From Candidatus Ryanbacteria bacterium RIFCSPLOWO2_12_FULL_44_26 (GTDB lineage Bacteria > Patescibacteriota > Minisyncoccia > Ryanbacterales > HO2-45-13): a DNA stretch of 64,000 nt. Below, in pieces: positions 38,293 through 48,425 of the stretch (position 1 is its first letter; every line of letters starts with the position of its first letter). The translations under genes were made by a program, and so were the position numbers. The DNA lies in the NCBI GenBank assembly GCA_001821765.1, contig MHOA01000001.1, forward strand, positions 1,580-65,579, given 5' to 3'. The notes under the pieces were generated by a model. The model saw only the letters and a list, made by a program, of their open reading frames with translations, was not told where the DNA came from and did no database searches.

Positions 38293-39305
38293 TGATTCGT
38301 TCCGGGGCAAAACTCGTTGAAAATATATTTGATGCCGAATCTATTGAGCAAATCCCAACCCGTAATGGCTATGGGGAGGGTCTTGTAGAGGTTGGTGAAA
38401 AGGATTCAAGGGTGGTTGCGTTGTGCGCTGATCTTACCGAATCAACGAGAACACAAGAGTTTGCTGATAAATTCCCAGAGAGATTTATTCAGATTGGGGT
38501 CGCTGAACAGAATCTTGCCACTGTTGCTTCTGGGCTTGCGAGTTACGGGAAAATTCCTTTTATTGCAAGTTATGCTATGTTCAGCCCCGGAAGAAACTGG
38601 GAACAGATCAGAACGACGGTTTGCTATAATAATGTTCCTGTTAAAATTATCGGCGCTCATGCAGGGGTGTCGGTTGGACCTGACGGCGCAACGCATCAGG
38701 CAATTGAAGACATGGCTATTATGCGGCCAATTGCCAATATGACTGTTATAGCTCCTTGTGATGTCCACGAGGCGAGAAAGGCGGTTATTGCTTCTGTTGC
38801 TGTTAATGGCCCGGTGTACATGCGGTTTGCACGCGAAAAGACACCGGTTTTTACCACCGCTGCATCACCTTTTAAAATAGGGAAAGCAGAGGTGTTTTTT
38901 GACTCTTCAAGTAGTTCAGGACGAAGCGCCCGACTTGATGTCGCTATTGTTGCATGCGGTCCGTTGGTTTATAACTCATTATTGGCAGCTGGTAGACTTC
39001 TTAAGGACGGCATACGGGTGCGTGTTGTGAATAATCATACCGTCAAGCCGATGGACGAAAAAACCATTATAAAGGCCGCGAGGGATGCTGGCGCAGTAGT
39101 AACAGTGGAAGAACATCAGGTGATGGGTGGCATGGGATCTGCGGTTGCGGAAGTTCTTGCAAAAAATTATCCTGTTCCTATGGAGTTTATAGGGGTTCAA
39201 AACCGCTTTGGAGAATCCGGTTCACCGGATGACTTGATTGAAGCATTCGGCATGGGAGTGAAGGCAATTACTGGCGCCGTAAAAAAGGTGTTGAAGCGAA
39301 AGTAA
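38293..39305 (+). CDS. Transketolase, C-terminal subunit (split tkt)
   Basis: Pyrimidine-binding and C-terminal domains; start at MIRSGAKLVENIF. Confidence 0.85.
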
Positions 39306-39411
39306 TGCGGTGCAGCCCATTTTTGTATGAGTGATCTATCGCCATGACTATAAAAGATGACATATGTGGGATGAAAAATAAAAAGGTCTCCATTATTGTT
39401 TCATTGTTCTA

Positions 39412-39609
39412 TTGAATATGAAAGAAAACATAAAAAAATTTGGAATAGTACTCTGGTTGGCAGCTTTCTTTACCTATGTAGGCGGCTTTGCGGCGCTTTC
39501 CTATGGCAGAGATTTTCTGGGAATCGGCTGGCAGGTTTGGTTCTGGAATTCTTTACTGCTCGGCGTGCTGGCCATTGGCGTGAAGCTTGGAGTTTTAATA
39601 GAAGAGTAG
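39412..39609 (+). CDS. Small membrane protein, hypothetical
   Basis: Two TM helices; weak RBS. Confidence 0.3.
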   Translation: MNMKENIKKFGIVLWLAAFFTYVGGFAALSYGRDFLGIGWQVWFWNSLLLGVLAIGVKLGVLIEE

Positions 39610-39782
39610 CGGCGGATATCTGAAGCAATATTCCATAAAGCCTTTCGACAACACAGGCGGCCCCAGCCAGCAGATTAGTTGTGTTGGTTATGGTCGCCCT
39701 AAATGAGGAGTTTGTTTGTTTTATATCCTTTCAATACCTTCGCTATCCAGCGGTATAGAAAAAGTTTTTTGGTTGTTTAGTT

Positions 39783-40769
39783 TTAGAGAATTTTCGTGGG
39801 CGTATAAAAATCCGGCGCTTCTTTCATGAACTGTTCCAGTTGGTCACGGGTCAGCAGTCCCTTTTGTGCGCCTGTATATTGCACAACGGACATGGAGTTT
39901 GTCGGTCCCCAAGCAAGTGCTTCGGGGATGGATTTTCCAAGCGCAAGCGCCACTGTAAATGTGGATGAGTAACTGTCTCCCGCTCCGGTTCGGTCGTACG
40001 GCGGTTTTGGATCCGGATACATTGGCATTTTCCATGCGTTTTTTCCGTCGTATGCATATGCTCCGTTGGGACCGTCTGTTATAGAGACAATACGCGGACC
40101 TCGTTCGTGCATCAACTGCAGCAGTTTTATCAAATCTTCTTCTTTTGTGTTTAAAATCCTTTGAGCCTCCTGAAGATTACAGAAAAAAAGATCAGAAATC
40201 TCGTATACATCTTTTAAGATTTCGTAACCCAGCTTTATTTGAAAGGTTCCCGGCTGGTAGGCGAGTTTAATACCGGGATGCTTTTTTATATATTGGACTA
40301 TTTCATGATGAAAAGGGACGGAGTTTTCACCAAGGGAGCTTAAATACATCCAGCGCGGCTTTCCGACATCAGGCATTTTGTAATCGTATTCTTCGTGCTT
40401 AATAAGAATGGTACGCTCTGCTTTAAACCAAAGGACATAGTGGTAGTTTGTGGGTTTTCCCTTATGGATTGAAACAAAATCAATTGCAACTCCGTTGTTT
40501 TGAAGCGACTCCAGGCACTCTTTCCCGTTTTGATCGTCTCCCAGATTTGTAATAACCGCTGATTTCAAACCCAATCGTGCGGCGCTGACCGCAGCGTTTG
40601 GGCTATTCCCGACAGCGCGAACAACTTCAACGCGCTCGTAAGGAATTTTATCTCCAAACCGGACGCAGAGTTCTTTTGTATGATGATTCATGTGCACATC
40701 CGCGTCCTTTAAACGTATGAATGCGTCCGTTGTAATATCGCCGAGCGCAATAAAATCAAATGTATTCAT
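39783..40769 (-). CDS. PfkB-family carbohydrate/nucleoside kinase
   Basis: N-terminal GG motif region, C-terminal TGAGDSY. Confidence 0.8.
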   Translation of the reverse strand: MNTFDFIALGDITTDAFIRLKDADVHMNHHTKELCVRFGDKIPYERVEVVRAVGNSPNAAVSAARLGLKSAVITNLGDDQNGKECLESLQNNGVAIDFVSIHKGKPTNYHYVLWFKAERTILIKHEEYDYKMPDVGKPRWMYLSSLGENSVPFHHEIVQYIKKHPGIKLAYQPGTFQIKLGYEILKDVYEISDLFFCNLQEAQRILNTKEEDLIKLLQLMHERGPRIVSITDGPNGAYAYDGKNAWKMPMYPDPKPPYDRTGAGDSYSSTFTVALALGKSIPEALAWGPTNSMSVVQYTGAQKGLLTRDQLEQFMKEAPDFYTPTKIL

Positions 40770-40912
40770 TTAAAGAATATTAGTTGGTAATGGTGCTGTT
40801 TGAGTTTTGCAGGCAATGTTTCCTAAGGAGCGCATATGTCAGGTATCTCTATCAACAGTGTACGCACTATATAATCTACATAATATCATAAGCATGTGTT
40901 AAACTAAAAACG

Positions 40913-41788
40913 ATGATGACGCTTTCAGAAGTTTTAGATGTGGCGAGAAGCGGAAGATGGGCTGTACCTCATTTTAACATTTCTAATTTCGTTCAGTTAA
41001 AAGGCATTATTGCGGCTTGTGCGGAACTGCGCTCGCCGGTGATGATCGGAACCTCCGAGGGTGAAGTCGAGTTTATTGGGTTCAAGGTGGCCCGCGCGAT
41101 GGTTGATGCGCTGAAAGCCGAAACAGGACTCCCTCTGTTTCTCAATGCCGACCATTTTCATAGTTTCGCGATGTGCAAAAAAGCCATTGACGAAGGGTAT
41201 GATGGAGTGCATATTGATATGTCAAAAAAACCTTATAAAGAGAATATCAATGAGACCAAGCAAGTTGTGCGATATGCACGAGCAGCAGAAAAAGATATCA
41301 GTGTTGAAGGAGAACTTGGTTATATTGTGACTGACTCGTCAAAGATTTATAAAAAAATTGTGGCAATACCGCAAGAAAGTCTTACTAAGCCGGGAGAAGC
41401 GATCTCGTACATAGAGGAAACCGGCGTGGATCGTTTTGCGGCTGCAGTGGGGAGCTTGCACGGCATCGCCGCAAACAAGCCGATATTGGATTTTTACCGC
41501 ATTGAAAGACTGCGTGAGATTATTCCAAAAAATACCACTTTGGTACTCCACGGCGGTTCTGGGCTCCTTGATAATGACTTTAAGCGTGCCATCGAATTGG
41601 GTATAAATAATATTCACATCTCAACAACGATACGAGCTGCCTATATAAAGGCTTTAAAAAAGGCTCTGAAAGAAAAGAAAGATGAAACCACACCGTATAA
41701 ACTATATGACCCTGTTGTTCGCGCAGTTGCTGAAACGGTAAAAGAACACATAAAGCTCTTTGGGTCGCAAAATAAATCAATGGAATAA
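40913..41788 (+). CDS. fba: Class II fructose/tagatose-bisphosphate aldolase
   Basis: VPHFNISN, ...NADHF..., LHGGSG. Confidence 0.85.
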   Translation: MMTLSEVLDVARSGRWAVPHFNISNFVQLKGIIAACAELRSPVMIGTSEGEVEFIGFKVARAMVDALKAETGLPLFLNADHFHSFAMCKKAIDEGYDGVHIDMSKKPYKENINETKQVVRYARAAEKDISVEGELGYIVTDSSKIYKKIVAIPQESLTKPGEAISYIEETGVDRFAAAVGSLHGIAANKPILDFYRIERLREIIPKNTTLVLHGGSGLLDNDFKRAIELGINNIHISTTIRAAYIKALKKALKEKKDETTPYKLYDPVVRAVAETVKEHIKLFGSQNKSME

Positions 41789-41860
41789 ACAGTTTGCTTT
41801 TAGCCGATAGGTTTGCATACATCGTCATTTCAGTTATTATTCGCTCATTAATTAAAATTT

Positions 41861-42838
41861 ATGCCGAAGGTATATGTAACACGCATGATCCCTCAAGCAG
41901 GGATTGAGAAATTAAAAGAGAAAGGATATGACGTTACCATAAATCCAGATGACCAGGCGCTGGATACATCGGAACTGATAGACGCCCTTAAGGGGAAAGG
42001 GTATGATGCAGTGCTTTGTCTTTTAACTGATCATGTGAACGCTGAAGTATTGGATGCTGCTGGCAGTAATTGCAGGATCTTTGCGAATTATGCCGTCGGG
42101 TATGATAACATAGACGTCAAAGCCGCATCAGAGCGCAACATTGTGATAACAAATACACCCGGCATTCTTACCGAAAGCGTAGCAGAACATACGTTTGCGC
42201 TGATGCTTGCAATCAGCCGCCGCATAGCAGAAGCAGACAGGTTTGTAAGAGCAGGAAAGTATAAGGGTTGGGCGCCGAAATTGCTTTTAGGAAACGACGT
42301 TTCTGGTAAAATCATCGGGATTGTGGGGCTTGGACGTATCGGAAGCCGCGTTGCTCATCATGCCGCAGGAGGATTTGACGCGCGTATCATATATCACGAC
42401 CTTACAAGAAATGAAGAATTTGAAAAAAGTGTCGGCGCCGTTTATAGAGAAACACTTGAAGAACTCTTGGGAGAAGCGGATTATGTATCTTTGCACGTCC
42501 CGCTTCTTCCTCAGACAAAGCATCTTATCAACGCCGAGAAACTGAAGCTCATGAAACATTCTGCGTATCTTATAAATACGTCGCGCGGTCCGGTCATTGA
42601 TGAAGCGGCACTTGTGCATGCCCTTAAAAAGAAAGAAATCAAAGGTGCTGCTTTGGATGTTTTTGAGGATGAGCCGGAATTAAAACCCGGACTTGCTGAA
42701 TTGGACAACGTTATTCTTACCCCCCACATTGCTTCCGGAACTGAAGAAACAAGAAATAAAATGGCAGAAATGGCCGCCGAGAACATTATCGCTGTTTTTG
42801 AGGGCCGTACACCGCCGCAGCTTGTAAAACCAAGCTGA
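41861..42838 (+). CDS. D-isomer-specific 2-hydroxyacid dehydrogenase (glyoxylate/hydroxypyruvate reductase-like)
   Basis: GIVGLGRIGSRVA, NTSRGPVIDEAAL, catalytic His region. Confidence 0.8.
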   Translation: MPKVYVTRMIPQAGIEKLKEKGYDVTINPDDQALDTSELIDALKGKGYDAVLCLLTDHVNAEVLDAAGSNCRIFANYAVGYDNIDVKAASERNIVITNTPGILTESVAEHTFALMLAISRRIAEADRFVRAGKYKGWAPKLLLGNDVSGKIIGIVGLGRIGSRVAHHAAGGFDARIIYHDLTRNEEFEKSVGAVYRETLEELLGEADYVSLHVPLLPQTKHLINAEKLKLMKHSAYLINTSRGPVIDEAALVHALKKKEIKGAALDVFEDEPELKPGLAELDNVILTPHIASGTEETRNKMAEMAAENIIAVFEGRTPPQLVKPS

Positions 42839-42905
42839 TATACATAAACATGCGCCATCTTACTATGCCTGTTGATTTTTGTGTTTTTTTCGCTAAGATA
42901 GTGTC

Positions 42906-43604
42906 ATGCCCATATTAAAAGCACAAACACGGGATCTGTTTAAAAAAAAGGTAAAACAACTTCGGGAAAAAGGAGATATTCCCGCGGTGCTTTATGGTTC
43001 AAAAATCAAAAAAGCTGAACATATTACCGTTTCGTGTCGTGAGTTTGAGCTCTTATGGAAAAAGGCCGGAAGTTCAAGCATAATTGATCTGGCAATAGAA
43101 AATCAAAAGCCGCGAAAAGTGCTCATCCATGATGTCGCAGTGGATCCTTTAAAAGATCGTCCAATACACGTTGATTTTTATGCTGTTGATGTTTCAAAAT
43201 CGGTTCGCGTCCACATTCCATTTATATTTTCTGGCGAAGCTCCTGCTGTAAAATCAGAGGGAGGGATTTTACTCAAGTTAATCCATGAGGTAGAAATTGA
43301 GGCATTACCGCAAGATCTGCCGCACGACATCATGGTTGATGTTGGGGTACTAAAAACATTTGAAGACCACATCACGCTTAAAGATATTACTTTCCCGAAG
43401 GGAACAAAGATGATTGGAGAGGATGATATGGTTGTTGCGCTTGTTGAACCTCCGAGGAAAGAGGAGGTTGAGGAAGCTGGTCCGGCAGAGATTGATTTCG
43501 AGAAGATAGAAAATACTGGAAAGAAAGGCCTTAAAGAAAAGGAGCTATCAGGAGAAAAAACAGAAGCGCAAACATCTGAAAGCAGGTCTTCAGATGAAAA
43601 ATAA
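42906..43604 (+). CDS. rplY: 50S ribosomal protein L25/Ctc
   Basis: N-terminal L25 domain (RDLFKKKVKQLREKGDIPAVLYG), acidic C-term extension. Confidence 0.8.
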   Translation: MPILKAQTRDLFKKKVKQLREKGDIPAVLYGSKIKKAEHITVSCREFELLWKKAGSSSIIDLAIENQKPRKVLIHDVAVDPLKDRPIHVDFYAVDVSKSVRVHIPFIFSGEAPAVKSEGGILLKLIHEVEIEALPQDLPHDIMVDVGVLKTFEDHITLKDITFPKGTKMIGEDDMVVALVEPPRKEEVEEAGPAEIDFEKIENTGKKGLKEKELSGEKTEAQTSESRSSDEK

Positions 43605-44926
43605 TGAAACAATCATTTTATTCTATCGCGGTTTTTTTACTGTTTTTCGGCGCGAATGCCTTTGGGCAGGGTCTTTCTGATGCAGTTGTTGAACAGCGAA
43701 AGCATCTGGAGGAAGAATTAGGGAAGATCGAGCTTGAGATTGGAAAGTTTCAAGATGTCATCTTGAAAAAACAGCAGGAGTCTTCCTCATTGGAGCGCGA
43801 TATTGCCATACTGGATGCACAGATTAGAAAAACACGTCTGGAGATTAAAAGCCTTGAGCTTGAAATTTTGCGCCTTTCCGGGCGAATAGAGGAAAAAGAG
43901 GATTCTATTGACGATATAAATACAGTGATAAATCGTCAGAAAGAATCGCTCGCGGAATCGTTAAAAAAACTTCGGGAGTATGACGATTATGCTCTTATTG
44001 AAATTCTTCTTTCCCACGAACATCTCTCTGATTTTTTTGGAGATGTTGATACTATTGATGTTATCCAGTCTGCTCTCAAGGAGCAGTTTCATGAACTCCG
44101 TTCAACAAAAAATCAGGAGGAAGAACTGAGAGATAATTTCATTGAGCAAAAAAAGAGTCAAATTGAAGCCCGTGCGCTGCTTGATATAGAAAAACGGACT
44201 CTTGAAGCGCAAGAAGTTGAAAGAAAGAAAATATTACAGGAAACGCGCGGAGAAGAAGCTGCCTATCAAAGGATGCTTGGGGCAAGGAGAAGCAACGCCG
44301 CCTCAATACGCTCTCAGCTGTTTTTACTTGAAGGTTCTCCCGCTATACCGTTCGAAAAAGCCGTGTTGTTCGCGGAACGAGCTTCTGTGAAAACAGGCGT
44401 TCGGGTGGCATTTATTCTTGGTATTATCGCGCAGGAATCTGAATTGGGACGTAATATAGGACAGTGTAATCTTCCAGACGATCCCCCTCAATACAAGTGG
44501 CGGGCAATCATGAAACCGACTCGCGATCACAAACCCTATTTGGAGATCACTGCTCGGCTTGGTCTTGACCCGAATCTCATGCCTCTTTCATGTCCGCTTG
44601 GAGGAGGATGGGGCGGAGCAATGGGACCCGCACAGTTTATCCCCTCTACATGGCTTATGTTTGAGGATCGCATAGCCCGTGCAACCGGACACAACCCCCC
44701 TAATCCATGGGAACCGGAGGACGCTTTTATGGCTTCAGGACTTTTTCTTTCAGACCTTGGCGCAACAAGTATTTCAGGGGAACAGGAAGCCGCCGGCCGG
44801 TATTTTGCGGGAAGCAGATGGAATACATCTCTTGGCCGCAGGTATGCAAGTCAAGTGCTTGCAAAGGTAACGGTATATCAAGAACAGATAAACCTTCTCA
44901 AAGGTCTTGCGGTTGATTCACAATAG
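43604..44926 (+). CDS. Secreted coiled-coil protein with C-terminal MltB-type lytic transglycosylase domain
   Basis: Signal peptide, heptad-rich region, then IAQESELGRN (catalytic Glu) and GPAQFIPSTW. Confidence 0.6.
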   Translation: MKQSFYSIAVFLLFFGANAFGQGLSDAVVEQRKHLEEELGKIELEIGKFQDVILKKQQESSSLERDIAILDAQIRKTRLEIKSLELEILRLSGRIEEKEDSIDDINTVINRQKESLAESLKKLREYDDYALIEILLSHEHLSDFFGDVDTIDVIQSALKEQFHELRSTKNQEEELRDNFIEQKKSQIEARALLDIEKRTLEAQEVERKKILQETRGEEAAYQRMLGARRSNAASIRSQLFLLEGSPAIPFEKAVLFAERASVKTGVRVAFILGIIAQESELGRNIGQCNLPDDPPQYKWRAIMKPTRDHKPYLEITARLGLDPNLMPLSCPLGGGWGGAMGPAQFIPSTWLMFEDRIARATGHNPPNPWEPEDAFMASGLFLSDLGATSISGEQEAAGRYFAGSRWNTSLGRRYASQVLAKVTVYQEQINLLKGLAVDSQ

Positions 44927-44974
44927 GGTTTTTTAGGGACGAGCAAAATGTTGCGATAAGCTCTGCTGTTTGGA

Positions 44975-45724
44975 TTAGTTGCCAGTTTTTATTGATTGCT
45001 CTTTTTTGCTTTTTTTAAAAGTTTCTATGATCGTCTCAAGGTTGCCATTCAGTATTTTCTCAATATGGCGCCATGATTTTTTTATACGGTGATCAGTAAT
45101 ACGGTCTTGCAGATAGTTATAGGTTCTCATTTTTTCTGAACGTTCTTGGAATCCGATTTGTATTCGGCGTTCGCTTGCGGTTTTACTTATGACACCTCCA
45201 TGCTCTCGATCGTACAGCTTTGCTCTTAAAATTGACATGGCGCGCTCACGGTTTTGTTGTTGGGAGCGTTCTGTTTGTGCTCTTACAACAATGCCGGTTG
45301 GCTTGTGTAATATACGTACAGCTGTTTCAACTTTATTTACATTTTGTCCTCCCGCGCCTCCTGATCGGGCGAATGTTATCTCAAGGTCCTGTGGTTTTAT
45401 TTCAATATCTGTCGGTGGAACCTGTTTTAAGATGGCGACTGACGCCGTCGAGGTGTGTATGCGGCCGGACTTCTCTGTTTTCGGTATGCGTTGTACTCTG
45501 TGTACTCCGCTTTCTTGAGACAATTCTTCGTATATGTTTTCTCCTTTCAGTTCGAAGATACCTTCTTTTAAACCACCCAGATCATTTTTTGATTCGCTGA
45601 TACAGTGCATCGTCCATCCTCGTTTTGCTGCGTACATTGCATACATATTGCTCAGCGTATCAGCAAAAAGCGCTGCTTCATCTCCGCCGGCCCCCGCTCG
45701 TATCTCTAAAAGAATGCTGTTCAT
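44975..45724 (-). CDS. prfA: Peptide chain release factor 1, N-terminally short (domains 2-4 only, 249 aa)
   Basis: RF1-type [17 protein letters not shown] (PxT) tripeptide, GGQ motif; start ATG overlaps rpmE stop (ATGA); in-frame stop 45 nt upstream excludes a longer N-terminus. Confidence 0.8.
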   Translation of the reverse strand: MNSILLEIRAGAGGDEAALFADTLSNMYAMYAAKRGWTMHCISESKNDLGGLKEGIFELKGENIYEELSQESGVHRVQRIPKTEKSGRIHTSTASVAILKQVPPTDIEIKPQDLEITFARSGGAGGQNVNKVETAVRILHKPTGIVVRAQTERSQQQNRERAMSILRAKLYDREHGGVISKTASERRIQIGFQERSEKMRTYNYLQDRITDHRIKKSWRHIEKILNGNLETIIETFKKSKKEQSIKTGN

Positions 45725-45984
45725 AAAACCTTTGTAGACTTTTTTTCCGATTTTTTGCGGGATTTTTTAGCGGGAGTTTTTAAACGGCGTTCAATTTTTT
45801 TCTGAAATTTTTCAATTCGTCCGGCAGTGTCAATAAGTTTTTCTTTTCCAGTATAGAATGGATGGCATTTGTAGCAAATTTCAACTTCAAGTTTTTCTTT
45901 TGTGGACCCCACGATAAAACTGTTTCCGCATGCACAGGTTACTTTAGCGTTCTGGTGATATGTTGGATGTAAGCCTTTTTTCAT
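45721..45984 (-). CDS. rpmE: 50S ribosomal protein L31
   Basis: [21 protein letters not shown]...[11 protein letters not shown]. Confidence 0.85.
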   Translation of the reverse strand: MKKGLHPTYHQNAKVTCACGNSFIVGSTKEKLEVEICYKCHPFYTGKEKLIDTAGRIEKFQKKIERRLKTPAKKSRKKSEKKSTKVL

Positions 45985-46243
45985 AATGTGTTGTATAGAT
46001 CTCAAATCAATTTTGAATATTAGAGAAAAGTTTCTGATTAATTAGTGATGATTATAACCGCACTGTACCATATTATATCGGGTCTTGCAATGGTTGTGAT
46101 TTTTTATTACAATGTTTCTACCCCTTCAAAGGAGGACCTGTTGGTTGTTATGAACCTTACGGCATTTCCCTCACGGATGAGGTTTGAAGAGATTCATGCA
46201 GCATCAGGCAGTAAAACTTTTTTATTTATCTTCTAAGAGACGT

Positions 46244-47050
46244 ATGGAGGAAACAAATATAATAACACAACCCCCTATAAAACCGGAAATAGAAGCATTA
46301 TTTAATGCAGGGGTTCATTTCGCGTACAAAAAAACGAGGCGTCATCCAAAAATGCGGGAGTATATCGCCGGTGTGCGCAGTAATGTCGAAGTATTTCATC
46401 TTGAACGTGTATATGAAAGACTAGTTGATGCGATGGCCTTTATGGAGAAACTCGGAACCGAGTCGGCGGTAATTCTATGGATTGGAACAAAACCCGCCGC
46501 TTGCTCTATTATTACCGACACGGCGACAGCGCTACAGCACCCATATGTTGCGAAACGCTGGATAGGAGGAACGCTGACGAATTTTAAAATCATTCGCGGA
46601 AGGGTTGAATATCTGAAAACCTTGGAAGAAGCTATACAAAATCCAGACTTTTTAAAATATCCAAAGCACGAACGCATGAAGACGAAAAAGGAAGTAGAAA
46701 AACTTCAAGAAGAGTTTGGAAACCTTCGTCTCCTTAAAAGCATTCCGAATGCAATGGTGATTGTTGACGCGAATGAAGAATTGACAGCGGTGACAGAGGG
46801 GCGAAAAGTGGGCGTGAAAACAATTGCCATTATGAATTCGGATTGCGACCCCGACGCTGTGACTTGTCCGATACCGGGGAATGACAATGCCGTTCAAAGC
46901 ATCAAATACTTAATTGGTAAATTAAAAGAAGCATATCTGAAGGGTAAAGCCTCAGCCCCCAAAAAAGACGAAGTGAGGGAAAAAGAGGTAAAAGACGAAG
47001 CATTGCAGAACCCTGTAAAAAACCACCAAGTGCCGGCAAATAGTTCTTGA
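46244..47050 (+). CDS. rpsB: 30S ribosomal protein S2
   Basis: FNAGVHFAYKKTRRHPKM..., conserved S2 core; internal Met start after GGAGG-like RBS. Confidence 0.9.
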   Translation: MEETNIITQPPIKPEIEALFNAGVHFAYKKTRRHPKMREYIAGVRSNVEVFHLERVYERLVDAMAFMEKLGTESAVILWIGTKPAACSIITDTATALQHPYVAKRWIGGTLTNFKIIRGRVEYLKTLEEAIQNPDFLKYPKHERMKTKKEVEKLQEEFGNLRLLKSIPNAMVIVDANEELTAVTEGRKVGVKTIAIMNSDCDPDAVTCPIPGNDNAVQSIKYLIGKLKEAYLKGKASAPKKDEVREKEVKDEALQNPVKNHQVPANSS

Positions 47051-47140
47051 TGAGCATCCAAACAATAATTAATGATCTACTGATAACAGAATCCTCCGGA
47101 CTTATAGGTTATAGATTATACACTATAAGCTATATATCAT

Positions 47141-47596
47141 ATGGATATATCAACTGAACAAATAAAAGCGCTTCGTGAGAAGACTGGTGTTTCAGTCATG
47201 CTGGTAAGAAAAGCTTTAATTGAAGCTGGTGGAGATGAAAAAGAAGCAATGAAGAAACTTGAAAAACTTGAAAGTCATCTGGCAGACAAGAAAGCGCAGC
47301 GCAATGCTTCTATGGGTGTTGTGGAATCATATATTCATCATGATGGTCGTGTTGGAGTGCTTTTGGCGCTTAAGTGTGAAACCGATTTTGTTGCCAGGAA
47401 CGAAGAGTTTAAAAAGGAAGCACACAATATTGCAATGCACATCGCCGCTATGGATCCGGCTGACAAGGAAGCGCTTCTAGGGGAACCATATGCGCTGGAT
47501 CAGTCCAGGACAGTATCCCAGGTGCTTGCCGCCATAACGACGAAGTTTGGTGAGCACATCACGATTGAAAAATTTGTTCGTTACTCCATTTCATGA
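47141..47596 (+). CDS. tsf: Elongation factor Ts (short form)
   Basis: N-terminal UBA-like LREKTGVSVMLVRKALIEAGGD; 151 aa. Confidence 0.8.
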   Translation: MDISTEQIKALREKTGVSVMLVRKALIEAGGDEKEAMKKLEKLESHLADKKAQRNASMGVVESYIHHDGRVGVLLALKCETDFVARNEEFKKEAHNIAMHIAAMDPADKEALLGEPYALDQSRTVSQVLAAITTKFGEHITIEKFVRYSIS

Positions 47597-48045
47597 TTCT
47601 GGTATTTCTTACAATATTTGTTATCAGTTTTCTTTGGATTGTGGTGATTATGTGGTGGCATACGCCAAATATGTTAAGAGCAAATAATGCTGTTTTTCTT
47701 AAGAGTCAAAGCTTTCACTTAAAAACTGACAGAATATTATCCTTCACCATTATTGTCGGTTTTGTAGAACATATTGTGAAAGTTCGTGTCATACCTCAAG
47801 TGCTTCGTTTTCTGGGTTTTTGTTTTTTTATTATTGAGCGCGGAGCGACTATTGTTTCTATAAAAGCGAGGCGTGTCCGCGCTTTTTTACAAAGCAAATC
47901 AGCGGTAACAGCTCATCAGTCTTCATATTGGGATGAAATTCGCCAATGGAAGAAGAAAAACGGGCTGGAAAATGGAAAAGCGCCTGAAAAAATAAATTTT
48001 GCGGTAGCAGATCATGATATTTCCAACCATCGTATCGATGATTAA
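47593..48045 (+). CDS. Hypothetical membrane protein
   Basis: ATGA overlap with tsf; two N-terminal TM helices. Confidence 0.35.
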   Translation: MILVFLTIFVISFLWIVVIMWWHTPNMLRANNAVFLKSQSFHLKTDRILSFTIIVGFVEHIVKVRVIPQVLRFLGFCFFIIERGATIVSIKARRVRAFLQSKSAVTAHQSSYWDEIRQWKKKNGLENGKAPEKINFAVADHDISNHRIDD

Positions 48046-48425
48046 TTTAAACTCGGATGGAGGCCGTTTTTTGAATCTTGGTATAAAAAACATTCCATAA
48101 TCTTGTGAAATGTTGCTGGCATGGTCCCGACGCGCTTTTTTATACTAAGATAGTGAAATTAGGATCTCGGCGTTTGCGAATTTTGTCGCTTTAGCCCCGA
48201 CGCACTATGATTGTATTGGATAGTGCAGTTGGAATTCTGCTTTCTTGCAAGTGACACATAGAGCGACGAAACTCTATGGCACTTTGCAGAACAGTGGAGT
48301 TGTATGTAAGACAGGGGAACAACGGTGGTGCTTATCCCGAATGAAATGTACAGATTTAGTTTTGCTGTAGAGCGGCTGTTTTGCGTCAGTCCCGCGCCAA
48401 GGTTATTATTAAAAATAAGGAACAT

